DNA of 64,000 nt from Eledone cirrhosa (lineage: Eukaryota). The stretch lies in assembly GCA_964016885.1 (NCBI GenBank), contig OZ024762.1, positions 28,582,001 to 28,646,000 on the forward strand, given 5' to 3'. Positions 39,532 through 51,489 of the stretch are shown piece by piece. Below the pieces are notes generated by a model. It saw only the letters and a list, made by a program, of their open reading frames with translations, had not been told where the DNA came from and made no database searches. Position 1 is the first letter of the stretch; each line of letters starts with the position of its first letter. Made by a program: the position numbers and the translations under genes.

Positions 39532-39659
39532 CGCATTGACATGAGTGATAAATCATTCTCTCAAATTTGTGAATTAATGAGAATACAAATACATATCATT
39601 GTGACATGTGAGGGAAATCATTCTCTTTGAATGTTACATTAACTACTCACAAACATATA

Positions 39660-40010
39660 CAGGTGGGAAGCCATATCACTTTGATATATTTGGTAAATCA
39701 TTCTCTAAATGATGTGGCTTCACTAGACACTAACATATACAGGAGAGGAACCAGATCACTGTGATGTCTGTGGTAAATAATTTTCTAAATGTTGTGTCTT
39801 CATTAGACACTAACATATACTGGAGAGGAACCATATCACTGTGATGTCTGTGGTAAATAATTTTCTAAATGTTGTGGCTTCACTAGACACCAACATATAC
39901 AGGAGAGGAACCATATCACTGTGATGTCTGTGGTAAATCTTTCTCTAAATGCTGTGGCTTCACTAGACACAAACATATACAGGAGAGGAACTAGATCAAT
40001 GTGATGTCTT
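39660..40010 (+). repeat. 80-bp frameshifted zinc-finger relic repeats downstream of stop (~4 copies)
   Basis: AC(T/C/A)AACATATAC(A/T)GGAGAGGAAC recurs at 39729, 39809, 39889 and 39969. Confidence 0.9.
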
Positions 40011-40576
40011 GTAAAATTTACTTGATGCAACACAAACACAATCAGACAAGATAAAAACCATATCACTCACCCAAACTAGTGCCACCAATGTTGTAAATGT
40101 TTTGAATAATTATTCTCCTTTCATTATATGTTGTGCTGTCACTGGTACCAAGCTGTATCAGCCATTACCTTTCCCTTGGACATCATCCATCAGTGGTGTG
40201 GAGAGGGGAGACTGGTATACATGGGTGACTGCTTGTCTTCCTCAAACACACCGGACTTGTGCCTCAGAGGGGAACTTTCTAGTTGTAAATCACATGGTCA
40301 TTCTTGACCGACGGGGTTCTTCGATATGTTAGGTTTGTATATAGTAATGTGTGTATATATAGGATTGTATTGATGTCCATGTGGGAGTCATTGATACCAA
40401 TGCTAGGGAAAGCTGGTCTTCTATATTACTGCATAACAGCAAAGATCTCAATCCTGTGTCATTGTCTTTGAGAAGTGCAATTGTGTGAGGTGAGCTTTTA
40501 TCACCTCATCCCAGGACTTCCCACTCCATAGCTTCCATCAATTGTGTGAAGTCAGCTTTTATAACCTCATCCCATA

Positions 40577-40921
40577 GAGGCACATGGCTTAGTGGTTAGA
40601 GCATTGGCCTTGCAATCGAAAGGTTGTGAGTTCAATTCTCGGACCGAGTGATGTGTTGTTTCCTTGAGCAAGACACTTTATTTCACATTGCTCCAGTTTA
40701 CTCAACTGTAGAAACGAGATGATAGGGACTGGGGTCCCTATCATTCCACTGCAAAGTGGTCGTGGATGTGCCACGGCAAAAAAGCACCCAGCACTCACTG
40801 TAAATGAGGTTAGTGTTAGGAAGGGCATCCAGCTGTAGAAATCAAGCCAGAATCAGTTCCCGTCCCACCCTTGCAAGCAGGGAAAAGCGGACGTAAAATG
40901 ATGATGATGATGATGATGATG
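40577..40921 (+). mobile_element. Full-length tRNA/CORE-like SINE with RTE tail (family B), inserted in the 61-bp minisatellite
   Basis: A/B boxes, CORE-like segment, GTTAGGAAGGGCATCCAGCTGTAGAAA, and a tail identical to the RTE 3' end at 48901-48960 with (ATG)n. Probable TSD ATCCCA at 40569 and 40922. Confidence 0.92.
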
Positions 40922-42749
40922 ATCCCAGGTCTTCCTACTTCATAGCTTCCATCAATTGTGTCGGGTCAGCTTTTATCACCTCATCCTAGGTCTTCCTACT
41001 TCATTGCTTCCATAAATTTTATAAAATGCTTGAAAACGACTTAGAAAAAATTTTAATTTAAGAGAGGAAATTGGAATATTATCCACTGAAAGTTGCTTAA
41101 CCCTTTGAACTGGCCAGAATTCTCTCACCTTTTTCTGTTCAAACCAGCCGTAACTGGTCACTCTTACTGATATTAAGGTATTGTTCTCAATATAAATATC
41201 AAAATCTCATAGATTCGATATTATGTGACATATGTGAGGTAAAGACTTTACCATGGAAATATAATAGTATATATGAAGTAATGTAAATTCTAAAGGGTTA
41301 AACCCTGAAGAAAGGACTTTTAGATCCCAAAATATTGGACAAATAAAAGAACAATAACAAAAAACAAAACAAAGATTACCAGATAACTTTTACTTTTCCT
41401 TACCTCATCTTACAGTCCATTTTGCATTGTTTAGCCTTCTATCTCTTTTAACATTATATATTATATAGAATGCTTCAAGCAATCTACATTTTATTATATA
41501 TCATCATCATCATCATCATCATCAATTAACGTCCATCTTCCACGCTAGCATGGGTTAGATGGGTCCCATTTAGAGACAAGTTGGGTCGGGTAACCATGTC
41601 TAAGTCATATAGGGGTGTTTCTGGCTAGCTTTCTACGGCTGGATACCCTTCCTAACGCCAACCACATTGACAGTGTGGACTGGATGCTTTTGCCAAGACA
41701 CCTACATGTCCACTTTACAGTGTGGGTTCGGTGTTTTTGCTGTGTCTTTTACATGTCCAGTGTGGGTGGGATATATATATATATATATGTCTGTGTCATC
41801 ACCATTTAACGTCCATTTTTCCATTCTTACATGGGTTAGACGGGTCATCCACGCCAGGAGGCAAGTCTGGCCAGGGTTGGCCATGTGTCACACCTTGCTC
41901 AGGTGAGGTCTGTAAATTTGGTCGGGTATTTTACAGCTGGATTCCCTTCCCAACATGAACCATGTTTACAGTGTGGAACTGGATGGCTCTGTTATGAGGA
42001 GGGACAGGCCAGTTGGCTGCACTGAGCCCATCTCACAGTGCAACTATAATTTGGGGGCCTGGTACTGGGTGGTACCATTATGAGAAGGGATGGCCAGCCA
42101 GGAGGGCCAAACACTTTTCATGAGGTTACCATAGTTATGGGGACTGGTACTGAATGGTATGGTTACGAGAAGGGCTGACCAGTTGGCTGCGCCACTATGG
42201 GGAGGGTAGCCAGTCGGCCGAGCCAAACCCATCTCACAAGGTTACCACAGTTTTGGGGCCCTGTGCTAGATGACACCGCTGCGGCTGTAGTTTGACATAT
42301 ATACCAATGTACCATTTTTACCGGTGCCAAAGTCGTCAAAATTTTTGAAAAAAAATAATAAACAACCTTCGGCCTCCAGGACGTATGGTTGACTTTTGAG
42401 ACTTATATTAGGGAAAAAGTAAGGTCTTCGAAGCTGGGAAATGTGGTAAAAAGGTAAAATTTCCACTGTTAAATCTATCTCTGCTTCTAAAGTATTCTCT
42501 ATTATCTCATACTGTTTCTTTCTTATTTCAGAATACCCGATGACATTGGGATAAATTATTATTTTCAATCTTGGATACATCACCTCTATTTATCATCATT
42601 TTAAGACTAAAACATTCTAAGCCGAACTTATATAACACTGTTTATATAAATCTCTCGTCGTATTACTGTGAAATATTTCCTCAAAATTGAGTTTATTTTC
42701 ATCACTATGAGATGGTTTTGTATTTTAATTAAACTTGGATGAAAAAGAA

Positions 42750-42766
42750 GTTTGTATTATCTGCAG
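42750..42766 (+). promoter_or_regulatory. Candidate splice acceptor of the ZNF coding exon
   Basis: TTTGTATTATCTGCAG|ATAT. The YAG is retained in all three complete paralogs (28490, 42766, 63798), ~110 nt before the ATG. Confidence 0.5.
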
Positions 42767-42877
42767 ATATCAACTGAAATATAGTTGAGTGAAATATAGA
42801 AGAAGAAATATTTTATAAGAAATATAATATAAAAAATATTACAAGGAAAACATGTATATTCTGTTGAAGAAGAAATA

Positions 42878-44572
42878 ATGGAAAATAAATTGACAATGAA
42901 GATTAAATGTGAAACACAATCTAAAGTGTTTAGTATTCCTGGTGAGATGACGAAGGTTAGAGAAGAGAAGCCATATCACTGCAATATCTGTAGTAAATCA
43001 TTCAATAAACGTAGTACCTTAACTACTCACAAGCATATACATACAGGAGAGAAACCATGTCACTATGATATCTGTGGTAAATCTTTCTCTGATAGTAGTG
43101 CCTTAACTTCGCACATACGTACCCATACAGGAGAGAAACCATATCACTGCGATATCTGTGGTAAATCATTCTCCCAAAGTAGTCACTTAACTACACATAA
43201 ACATATACATACAGGAGACAGGCCATATCACTGTGATATCTGTGGTAAATCATTCTCTCTCAGTAGTCACTTAACTGATCACAAACGTATACATACAGGA
43301 GACAAGCCATATCACTGTGATATCTGTGAAAAATCATTCTCTTTAAGTAGTACCTTAATTAAGCACAAACGTATACATACAGGAGAGAAGCCATATCACT
43401 GTGATATCTGTGGTAAATCATTCTCTGATAGTAGTGCCTTGACTAGACATAAACATATACATACAGGACATAAGCAATATCACTGTGATATCTGCAGTAA
43501 ATCATTCTCTAATAGTAGTACCTTAATTTCTCACATACGTACCCATACGGGTGAGAAACCATATCACTGCGATATCTGTGGTAAATCATTCTCCCAAAGT
43601 AGTCACTTAACTAAACATGAACGTACACATACAGGAGAAAAGCCATATCACTGTGATATCTGTGGTAAATCATTCTCTGATAGTAGTGCCTTGACTGATC
43701 ACAAAAGTATACACACAGGAGAGAAACCATATCACTGTGATATCTGCAGTAAATCATTCTCTTATAGTAGTACCTTAACATCTCACAGACGTACCCATAC
43801 AGGTGAGAAACCATATCACTGCAATATCTGTGGTAAATCATTCTCTCTCAGTAGTCACTTAACTGATCACAAACGTATACATACAGGAGACAAGCCATAT
43901 CACTGTGATATCTGTGGTAAATCATTCTCTGTAAGTAGTACCTTAATTAAGCACAAACGTATACATACAGGAGAAAAGCCATATCACTGTGATATCTGTG
44001 GTAAATCATTCTCTGATAGTAGTGCCTTGATTAGACACAAACATATACATACAGGACATAAGCAATATCACTGTGATATCTGCGGTAAATCATTCTCCCA
44101 AAGTAGTCACTTAACTACACATGAACGTACGCATACAGGAGAAAAGCCATATCACTGTGATATCTGTGGTAAATCATTCTCTGGCAGTAGTGCCTTGACT
44201 GATCACAAAAGTATACACACAGGAGAGAAACCATATCACTGTGATATCTGCAGTAAATCATTCTCTTATAGTAGTACCTTAACTTCTCACAGACGTACCC
44301 ATACGGGTGAGAAACCATATCACTGCGATATCTGTGGTAAATCATTCTCCCAAAGTAGTCACTTAACCACACATGAACGTACACATACAGGATACAAGCC
44401 ATATCACTGTGATATCTGTGGTAAATCATTCTCTTATAGTAGTTCCTTAATTAAGCATAGACGTATACATACAGGTGATAAGCCATATCACTGTGATATC
44501 TGTGGTATATCATTCTCTGTAAGTGGTAGCTTAACTACTCACAAACTTATACATGCAGCAGAGAAATCATAA
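42878..44572 (+). CDS. Poly-C2H2 zinc-finger protein, 19 tandem fingers, 32-aa leader, no recognisable effector domain (unit 3)
   Basis: Intact 564-aa ORF = 32 + 19x28 aa, built from [28 protein letters not shown] repeats. Confidence 0.97.
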   Translation: MENKLTMKIKCETQSKVFSIPGEMTKVREEKPYHCNICSKSFNKRSTLTTHKHIHTGEKPCHYDICGKSFSDSSALTSHIRTHTGEKPYHCDICGKSFSQSSHLTTHKHIHTGDRPYHCDICGKSFSLSSHLTDHKRIHTGDKPYHCDICEKSFSLSSTLIKHKRIHTGEKPYHCDICGKSFSDSSALTRHKHIHTGHKQYHCDICSKSFSNSSTLISHIRTHTGEKPYHCDICGKSFSQSSHLTKHERTHTGEKPYHCDICGKSFSDSSALTDHKSIHTGEKPYHCDICSKSFSYSSTLTSHRRTHTGEKPYHCNICGKSFSLSSHLTDHKRIHTGDKPYHCDICGKSFSVSSTLIKHKRIHTGEKPYHCDICGKSFSDSSALIRHKHIHTGHKQYHCDICGKSFSQSSHLTTHERTHTGEKPYHCDICGKSFSGSSALTDHKSIHTGEKPYHCDICSKSFSYSSTLTSHRRTHTGEKPYHCDICGKSFSQSSHLTTHERTHTGYKPYHCDICGKSFSYSSSLIKHRRIHTGDKPYHCDICGISFSVSGSLTTHKLIHAAEKS

Positions 44573-44689
44573 CGCATTGACATCGGTGATAAATTTGTGA
44601 ATTAATAAGAATACAAATACATATCATTCTGACATGTGAGGGAAATCATTCTCTTTGAATGTTACATTAACTACACACAAACATATACA

Positions 44690-45060
44690 TACAGCTGGGA
44701 AGCCATATCACTTTGATATATTTGGTAAATCTTTCTCTAAATGTTGTAGCTTCACTACACACTAACATATACAGGAGAGGAACCATATCACTGTGATGTC
44801 TGTGGTAAATCATTTTCTAAATGTTGTGACTTCACTACATACTAACATATACAGGAGAGGAACCATATCACTGTGATGACTGATAAATCATTTTCTAAAT
44901 GTTGTGGCTTCACTACACACTAACACATACAGGAGAGGAACCATATCACTATGATGTCTGTGGTAAATGCTTCTCTAAATGTTGTGACTTCACTACACAC
45001 TAACATCTACAGGAGAGGAACTATATCACTGTGATGTCTGTGATAAATCGTTCTCTTGTA
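44690..45060 (+). repeat. 80-bp frameshifted zinc-finger relic repeats in the 3' region (~4 copies)
   Basis: ACTAACA(T/C) unit starts at 44761, 44841, 44919 and 44999. Confidence 0.9.
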
Positions 45061-45142
45061 AAGATAACTTAATGCAACACAATCAGACAAGATAAAAACC
45101 ATATCACTCACCCAAAATAGTGCCACCAATGTTAATATTTTG

Positions 45143-45148
45143 AATAAA
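45143..45148 (+). terminator. Candidate polyadenylation signal AATAAA
   Basis: Conserved in unit 1 (29535) and followed by T/GT-rich sequence. Mutated in unit 2. Confidence 0.4.
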
Positions 45149-45371
45149 TCTGTTTTACTAAGAAATTCTTCTCCTTTCATTTTATTTGTAGAAGTTGTAA
45201 CCAAAACTTGTGCTGACAAAACTGTATTGTTCAGAATTTACATACACTATATATATGTGAATATATGTGTGTAGAAATTTGTGTCCATGTATATGTTTGT
45301 ATCTATGTTTGTATATACGTATGTGCATATCTGTGTTTGATTTATTTGTGTATGTATGTGTGTATATGTAC

Positions 45372-46000
45372 ATCATCGTCATCAAAATCATCGTTTTTAT
45401 GTCTGTTTTACATGCTTCCTTGGTTGGACATGTCCTTCTCAACATGGCATCTTTCAACACGTCATGTTCCTTTGTCATCTCCTCTGTGAGAGTCAGTTAT
45501 TTGAAGTCAGTTTACCCAGCCTCTGTCCATGTCTTTGTTGGTCTACCTCTACTATGGCTTCCTTCCACTGGGATTTCCTGGCACTTCATCACCCAGCAGT
45601 CATTATCCATGTGCATCCCATGTCTGTACAAACACAGTCTTCTCTCTTGCACACCACTTCAGATCACTCTTAAAGCCAGCTTCTTGAACTTCTCCAAATT
45701 CTGCCTTTCTCTCACACTTACATAACATGACCTACAAAGCATGGTTGTTTCATTCCTCTCCTGTCTACATATCCTCTGCAGTCAGACCCTTGTTTTGTTA
45801 CCATTCATCATTGCACATCACCCACATGTGTCATACAGTTGACCTTTTGTACAGAGAGAGAAACCTTTTGTGGTCAACTGTTGCAGTAGCTCTCTAAACT
45901 TTTTCCATCCTATCCTTATTCTAACTATTCATCTTTCAGAGCAGCCCCCTCCACTGCTAATTAAGTCACCTAGATTGCAAAAGCTATCAACCACTTCTAT
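45372..46000 (-). mobile_element. Degenerate RTE LINE 3' fragment
   Basis: Collinear with 48901-49540, including the (CAT)n tail. Confidence 0.85.
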
Positions 46001-46189
46001 GTCTATCTAATTTTATATATAATTAAGCCTGACAATTACAAGATTTACCTCCCTTTTTGACAATATGAAACTCTCCTCTGTTTGGGGTGAAAATTGTTGG
46101 AGGAAAAACTTCCTTTTAATATATTTGTCAGCATGCCTAATGAAGGGTCTGTTTGGAAGTGCCTCCCCCCATTAAACAGTGGTGGCCAT

Positions 46190-46905
46190 AAGTGTACTCA
46201 GAAACCAGTGGTCACACATATATGTTATGTGTAAGAAACATTATTTACACTAAATAGACTATGGGTCCACAAGAGATTTAGTGGGATACAAGATAAGTTA
46301 GTTAAGAAAGTAGGTTTCACATGGGGTCATTGCACTGGAACAGTAACAAGCAATTGCTTGTAGGAGACAAGCTCTATCATATATTTAAAGGGTTCCATAG
46401 AAGCAGTTGACAGTTTCTGTTACCAAATTAGCAGAGGTAGGTGTTCTGTAAGTACAGAAACAAGAGTAAGAACAAGATGGCAGAGGTTTATGATGCTACT
46501 ACTACTGCTAGCTACAAAAGGTTGTTTCACCAAATTGATGTGTGCATATGAACAGCAATACTGCATTGCAGCGAGGACCTCAAGATTGGATAGAAATAAA
46601 GCTTGAATTCTCCAATGGATGTGTCCTATGAATATACATGATGGGGAAAGTATAACTAAACTGAGAGGGATAAGATACAGTATGCAGGAGAAGAGATTGC
46701 TGTGTTATGGACATGTGATGTGTATGAAGGTAGAGATGCTGTATAAAAGGTTGACCGCTTGAAATTGATGGAAGAGGAAGACCTAGGAAAGCTTGGGATG
46801 AGGAGGTAAAAAATTGACCTGACACCATTGTATCTCTCAAAGGTGATGACACAAGAGGATTCAAATCTCTGGCGTTATACAGTACTGCAGCAGACCTGCA
46901 TTCCA
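46190..46905 (+). mobile_element. Degenerate RTE LINE fragment
   Basis: LWVHKRFSGI, AVDSFCY and EIDGRGRPRKAWDEEVKN remnants. Confidence 0.8.
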
Positions 46906-48424
46906 ATGTGCACGGGATGAAGCAGCATATAGTGGTTTGAAGTATGCTCTAATTTTCCTCCTCCCCACGTCTTAACACTCCACCCCCTTACCAGCTAAGT
47001 ACACCACCCTGACCTACCGCTCCAATCCCCACCCTACATACACATAACCCCACCCCCACTTTCACATCTGATACACCTCTCTTGACCAACCCATGTATAC
47101 AAGTATGGAAAGCTTAACATGCTCTCCTCCAATACGACTGAAATGGCTAAACCCTCAGGCAACCCTGTAAGGTGGTCATGCAGGTGTCATGACAAAAGAA
47201 CACAGAGTCCTCTCTGTTAGGTAATATGACAAAAGAGCAGCTAACCCTCCCTGCAAGGTAGTTATGCTGGTGACATGACAAATAAGCACCCAGTTCACCC
47301 AGTGATGTAGACATGACAGGAGGCCCCTAGCCCACCCTGTAAAATGGTCATGCTAGTGGCAAGACTGAAGGGACCCGAACCACCCTTCAAAGTGGTCAAA
47401 TTGGTGACATGACAAAGAGCACCAAGTCTGCTCTGTTAGCTGGTGGTTGTCATGATGATGACACAACAAAAGTACCGAGTCCACCCTGTAGGTTGGTCAT
47501 GTTAACAACACAACAATAAATACCAAGTCCTCCCTGTAAATGTGGTTGGAGTTAGGAAGGGCATCCAGCCATAGAAACCAACCAGAAATGGTTCTAGCAT
47601 GAGCAAGACACGGTTATTTGATCTAGGTTTTCACACAACAGGATAACTCGTCTGACCCATGCTAGCATGTAAAATGAAGTTTAACTTGTGATGAGGATAA
47701 ATACAATATATGAATATACACATATATATTATATTCCTTTATTCTTATACCATCTGGATGAGGCCATGCTGGGGCACTGCCCTTGAGATATATGTATATA
47801 TGTATATGTATATATATATATATGAAAATAATTTGCTTTGATACGTGAAGACGTTCCCTGGCAATGAACGGAAAAAAGCGAAGTTAATACGTCGTTATGT
47901 GGAGAGGTGACAACAATTACACGTAAAGACAAAACCACGTTCATGGTATAAATGGAGTCGTAGACTAATATTCTATTTAGGAAACTGAATGATTCTCGGC
48001 TTCGGAGTTCAGAATAATGTAAATAAATTAATTGAATGAAAATGACAGAGGTTATTAAAATCATAAAAGTAATAATAATTAAATATATACATACACACAT
48101 CTATACACGTGCATATGCGGAAACACACACCATGCATGCATATACATGCACGTACACATAAACACGTGCACTGGGACATAAACCGGCGCGACACATATAC
48201 CCGCACACGTACGAACGTATACGCCAAATACACGTATAAATATATGTTTGTGTGCGTTCTATAGGCATAAATGCGTATAGAACGCACACTCACACATACC
48301 TACAGGTAAATACACATATTCACCAAATGTACATATACCAAAACCCTATGTACACATATACACACCATACATACATGCAAACACACATACACACTCATAC
48401 ATACCCATATATATATATATATAT

Positions 48425-48600
48425 ATGAATATTATCTCCAAAGCTCCTCCATTCAATGCTTCATCTGAAAATTGTGCTCTTTGTATAGAAGAAATATTCT
48501 TTATATTAAAAAGTAAAAATTCTGTTAATTTAAGGAATAATCTTTTCAGTTCTTGTAAACATCGGTTGAATTCAACGTTTAAATATATATATATAAAATG
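48425..48600 (+). mobile_element. 5'-truncated Penelope-like element, GIY-YIG C-terminus
   Basis: IISKAPPFNASSENCALCIEEIFFILKS..NLRNNLFSSCKHR aligns to ILSSANAYRSGLKYCRLCNLELIYILKS..NDRIERSLYCNHK of the 59078 ORF. Confidence 0.8.
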
Positions 48601-48900
48601 TAATACATAACTCATCTTTATTACACCTATCGAAAAAATCATTAGATTCCTTCATGTGACTGCTTATAACTCTCTTAAAGAAACATTTTTTTCTTGGAAG
48701 TTTTTCTTGAAAGATTTAAAGAAAATTTTTTGAAAATTCCTCTGATGGGTATAAGAAAATTATTATTCATATTTTATACTGTGTATTTTATATTTATATA
48801 TTCTTATATTTTTTTAATTCATTATAATTCATATTTTATATTGTGTATTTTATATTTCTATATTCTTATATTTTTCAAATGCTTAATATATATCTATATA

Positions 48901-50192
48901 TATCATCATCATCATCATCATTTTACGTCCGCTTTTCCCTGCTTGCAAGGGTGGGACGGGTCTTATTCAGCACAGCATCTCTCCACTCGTCACGGTCCCT
49001 CGTCATCTCCACCGTGAGCTTCAATGATCTGAGGTCTGTTCTCACCACCTCCGCCCATGTTTTTTGTGGTCTACCTCTACCACGTCTTCCTTCAACTGGC
49101 ATTTCCTGGCACTTCTTCACCCATCGGTCATCCTCCATGCGCATCACATGTCCATACCACCTCAGTCTCCTCTCCCGTACACTACATTCTATCCCTCTCA
49201 GACACAGTTTCTCTCTCAACACATTTATGCTGGGTCGTTCACGCACATTTACACTGCACATCCAACGGAGCATGCTTGCCTCATTTCTCTCCAGCCGTCG
49301 CATATCCTCTGCAGTTGCTGCCCATGTCTCGCTACCATGCAGCATCGCGCTCCTCACACAGGCATCATACAACCGGCCTTTCGTACGCAGGGAGAAACTC
49401 TTCTTCGTCAACAGAGGAAGCAGCTCCCTAAACTTCTTCCAACCCGTCCTTATTCTAGATACTATGGCCTCAGAACACCCTCCTCCCATGCTAATCTGAT
49501 CTCCTAGGTACCGGAAGCTATCCACCACTTCTATAGCGCCCTCTTGCATTTGAAAAATGTGTCTATCAGTGCGACTTCTACTGTCTAATTTCCCTGTACA
49601 TCTACTGCATACATATTTCTCCCTACCTGTTAGTTTGCCTATCCCGCTACATCTCTTGTGTACCCAGGATCTGCATTGTGTGCATTTTATAGAATTTATG
49701 CCAGTTCCTTTTCTGCATATCGAACATGGCCATTTCCCTGACGGAATCAGGGTTTTGGCCTCTTTTCTACTCATCAACACTTTTGTCTTAGCTAGATTCA
49801 CCCTCAGTCCTCTTGCTTCCAACTGCTGTTTCCATAGCCAGAATTTATTCTCTAGCTCCTCTACTGATTCTGCTATAAGAACCAGATCATCAGCATAGAG
49901 AAGTTCCCATGGACAGCCAGTCTTAAACTCCTCTGTTATGGCTTGGAGGACTATAATGAACAAGAGCGGGCTGAGGACCGAACCCTGATGTACTCCTACT
50001 TTTATCTGGAATTCCTCGCTAAACTCCATTCCTACCCTGACTTTACTGAGAGTACCTCTGTACAAAGTTTGCACTGTCCTCACAAGCCATTCCTCAACAC
50101 ATAGCTTCCTTAGGGACCACCAGATGACAGATCGGGGTACCCTATCAAAGGCCTTCTCTAGGTCAACAAAGGCTAAGTATAGTGGCTTATTA
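48901..50192 (-). mobile_element. Young 5'-truncated RTE-clade LINE (open RT frame with PHD-like finger)
   Basis: Open frame from KPLYLAFVDLEKAFDRVPR through GVHQGSVLSP and YADD to a stop at 48923 directly abutting the (ATG)n tail. Confidence 0.95.
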
Positions 50193-50738
50193 TAAATATT
50201 TATATATATATGAGATAAACATGGTGATTTTGATGTATATGGTATAACCTAAAATTTATACTTTAAATATATTCTATAAATATACTCTTATGAAAGAGTT
50301 TTTTATGCTTTATGCTTTGGATATAATCCTATGAAAATTTTAAATATTATAATTTCTATATGTTATGACGTTATAACAAGCAAATTTATGTTTTAACAGT
50401 TATAACTGTATGACAGCTAAAATTATGAATTTATAAATTTATAACTTACTATAAAATAACATAAGATTCATACTCTAATTACATTATTAAGATGGAAAAT
50501 TTAAATTTTTAACCTCTTAACCTTATAGCATTTAATCCTTAGAGTTACCTGAATTATTAATAAATCACTAACAATTTTCATTCACTCTGTATTGCTATTA
50601 TAATACAAATAAGGGATTATTCTTCTGTAAAACTCTCTGAATTTCCATCGGTTTAGAATTGTTCGGATACTTTAAACCTACAATTTTTTAATAATTTTAA
50701 AATAATTAATGATCACAATATATATCTTATTATAATAA

Positions 50739-50910
50739 TTGTTTCTATTTTAGGCACAAGGCCAACAATTAACCAGTACATTACTGGTACTTTGTTTTAT
50801 CGACCCCGTAAGGATGAAAGACAAAGTTAACCTCAGCAGGATTTGAACTCAGATCGTAAAGGGACGTAACTATGCTGGAAAGCATGTCCAACCCTCCACA
50901 GATTCTGCCA
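50739..50910 (-). mobile_element. tRNA-derived SINE, same family as 26517-26695
   Basis: Directly collinear with 26517-26695. Confidence 0.85.
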
Positions 50911-51409
50911 TGGTTTTGTAATAATAGTATATTTTTTAATAGTATATATAAATATATATAAAAGTTTTTTTAACATACACATTTAAACTACTGATTGAAT
51001 TGATAAATTATTAATTAAACATTTAATCAAATTTATTAATTAAACCCTAGATAAAATTCTTCAACCTATCATTATAATGAATCCGGCTATTATTCATCTA
51101 CGATATATTCATTTCTTCGTTTCTTCTCTCATAACGTAAACAATAATTACGCTATTACTGTCCTTATAACTAATATTCTCTCTCACTTAAATATACTCAT
51201 GTTGTTTCTCTTTCTCTTTCTTTTTCTATTTCTTTTTCTCTTTTCCCTCTTCCAACGGCGTAATTTAAATATACTGTTATTTAAACTTTTCCGACACTAA
51301 TTTGCATAATAAACCAACAATAAATCTAATATCCGGGAGACTCCAACCGTGAAGGTTGCATTTTTCAGGGTATGTCAATATTTATTTATAAAACTAATCT
51401 ATATTATAT

Positions 51410-51469
51410 TTTATCTGATGAAAGCACACCATAATCTGCCTTGGTGGCCCTTGAAATATGTATAATGAA
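51410..51469 (+). ncRNA. Type I hammerhead ribozyme motif in a Penelope-like LTR remnant
   Basis: TTTAT-CTGATGA-[AAG..CACCA/TGGTG..CTT]-GAAA-TATGTA-TA-ATGAA, preceded by a pyrimidine-rich tract as in the 60763-61343 LTR. Confidence 0.8.
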
Positions 51470-51489
51470 ACAAATATGGTTTTATAAAT

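Noticed and set aside
43611-44429. Antisense ORFs over the ZNF gene
   Set aside because: Shadows of the periodic 84-bp repeat with no independent coding signal.
47729-48425. Cys/Val/Tyr-rich ORFs (also 29647-30022 and 45265-45725)
   Set aside because: Translations of TG/CA/TA low-complexity sequence or antisense RTE.
48740-48765. Possible hammerhead after the Penelope fragment (CTGATGGGTATAAGAAA)
   Set aside because: The core deviates and no stems can be formed; at best a decayed relic.
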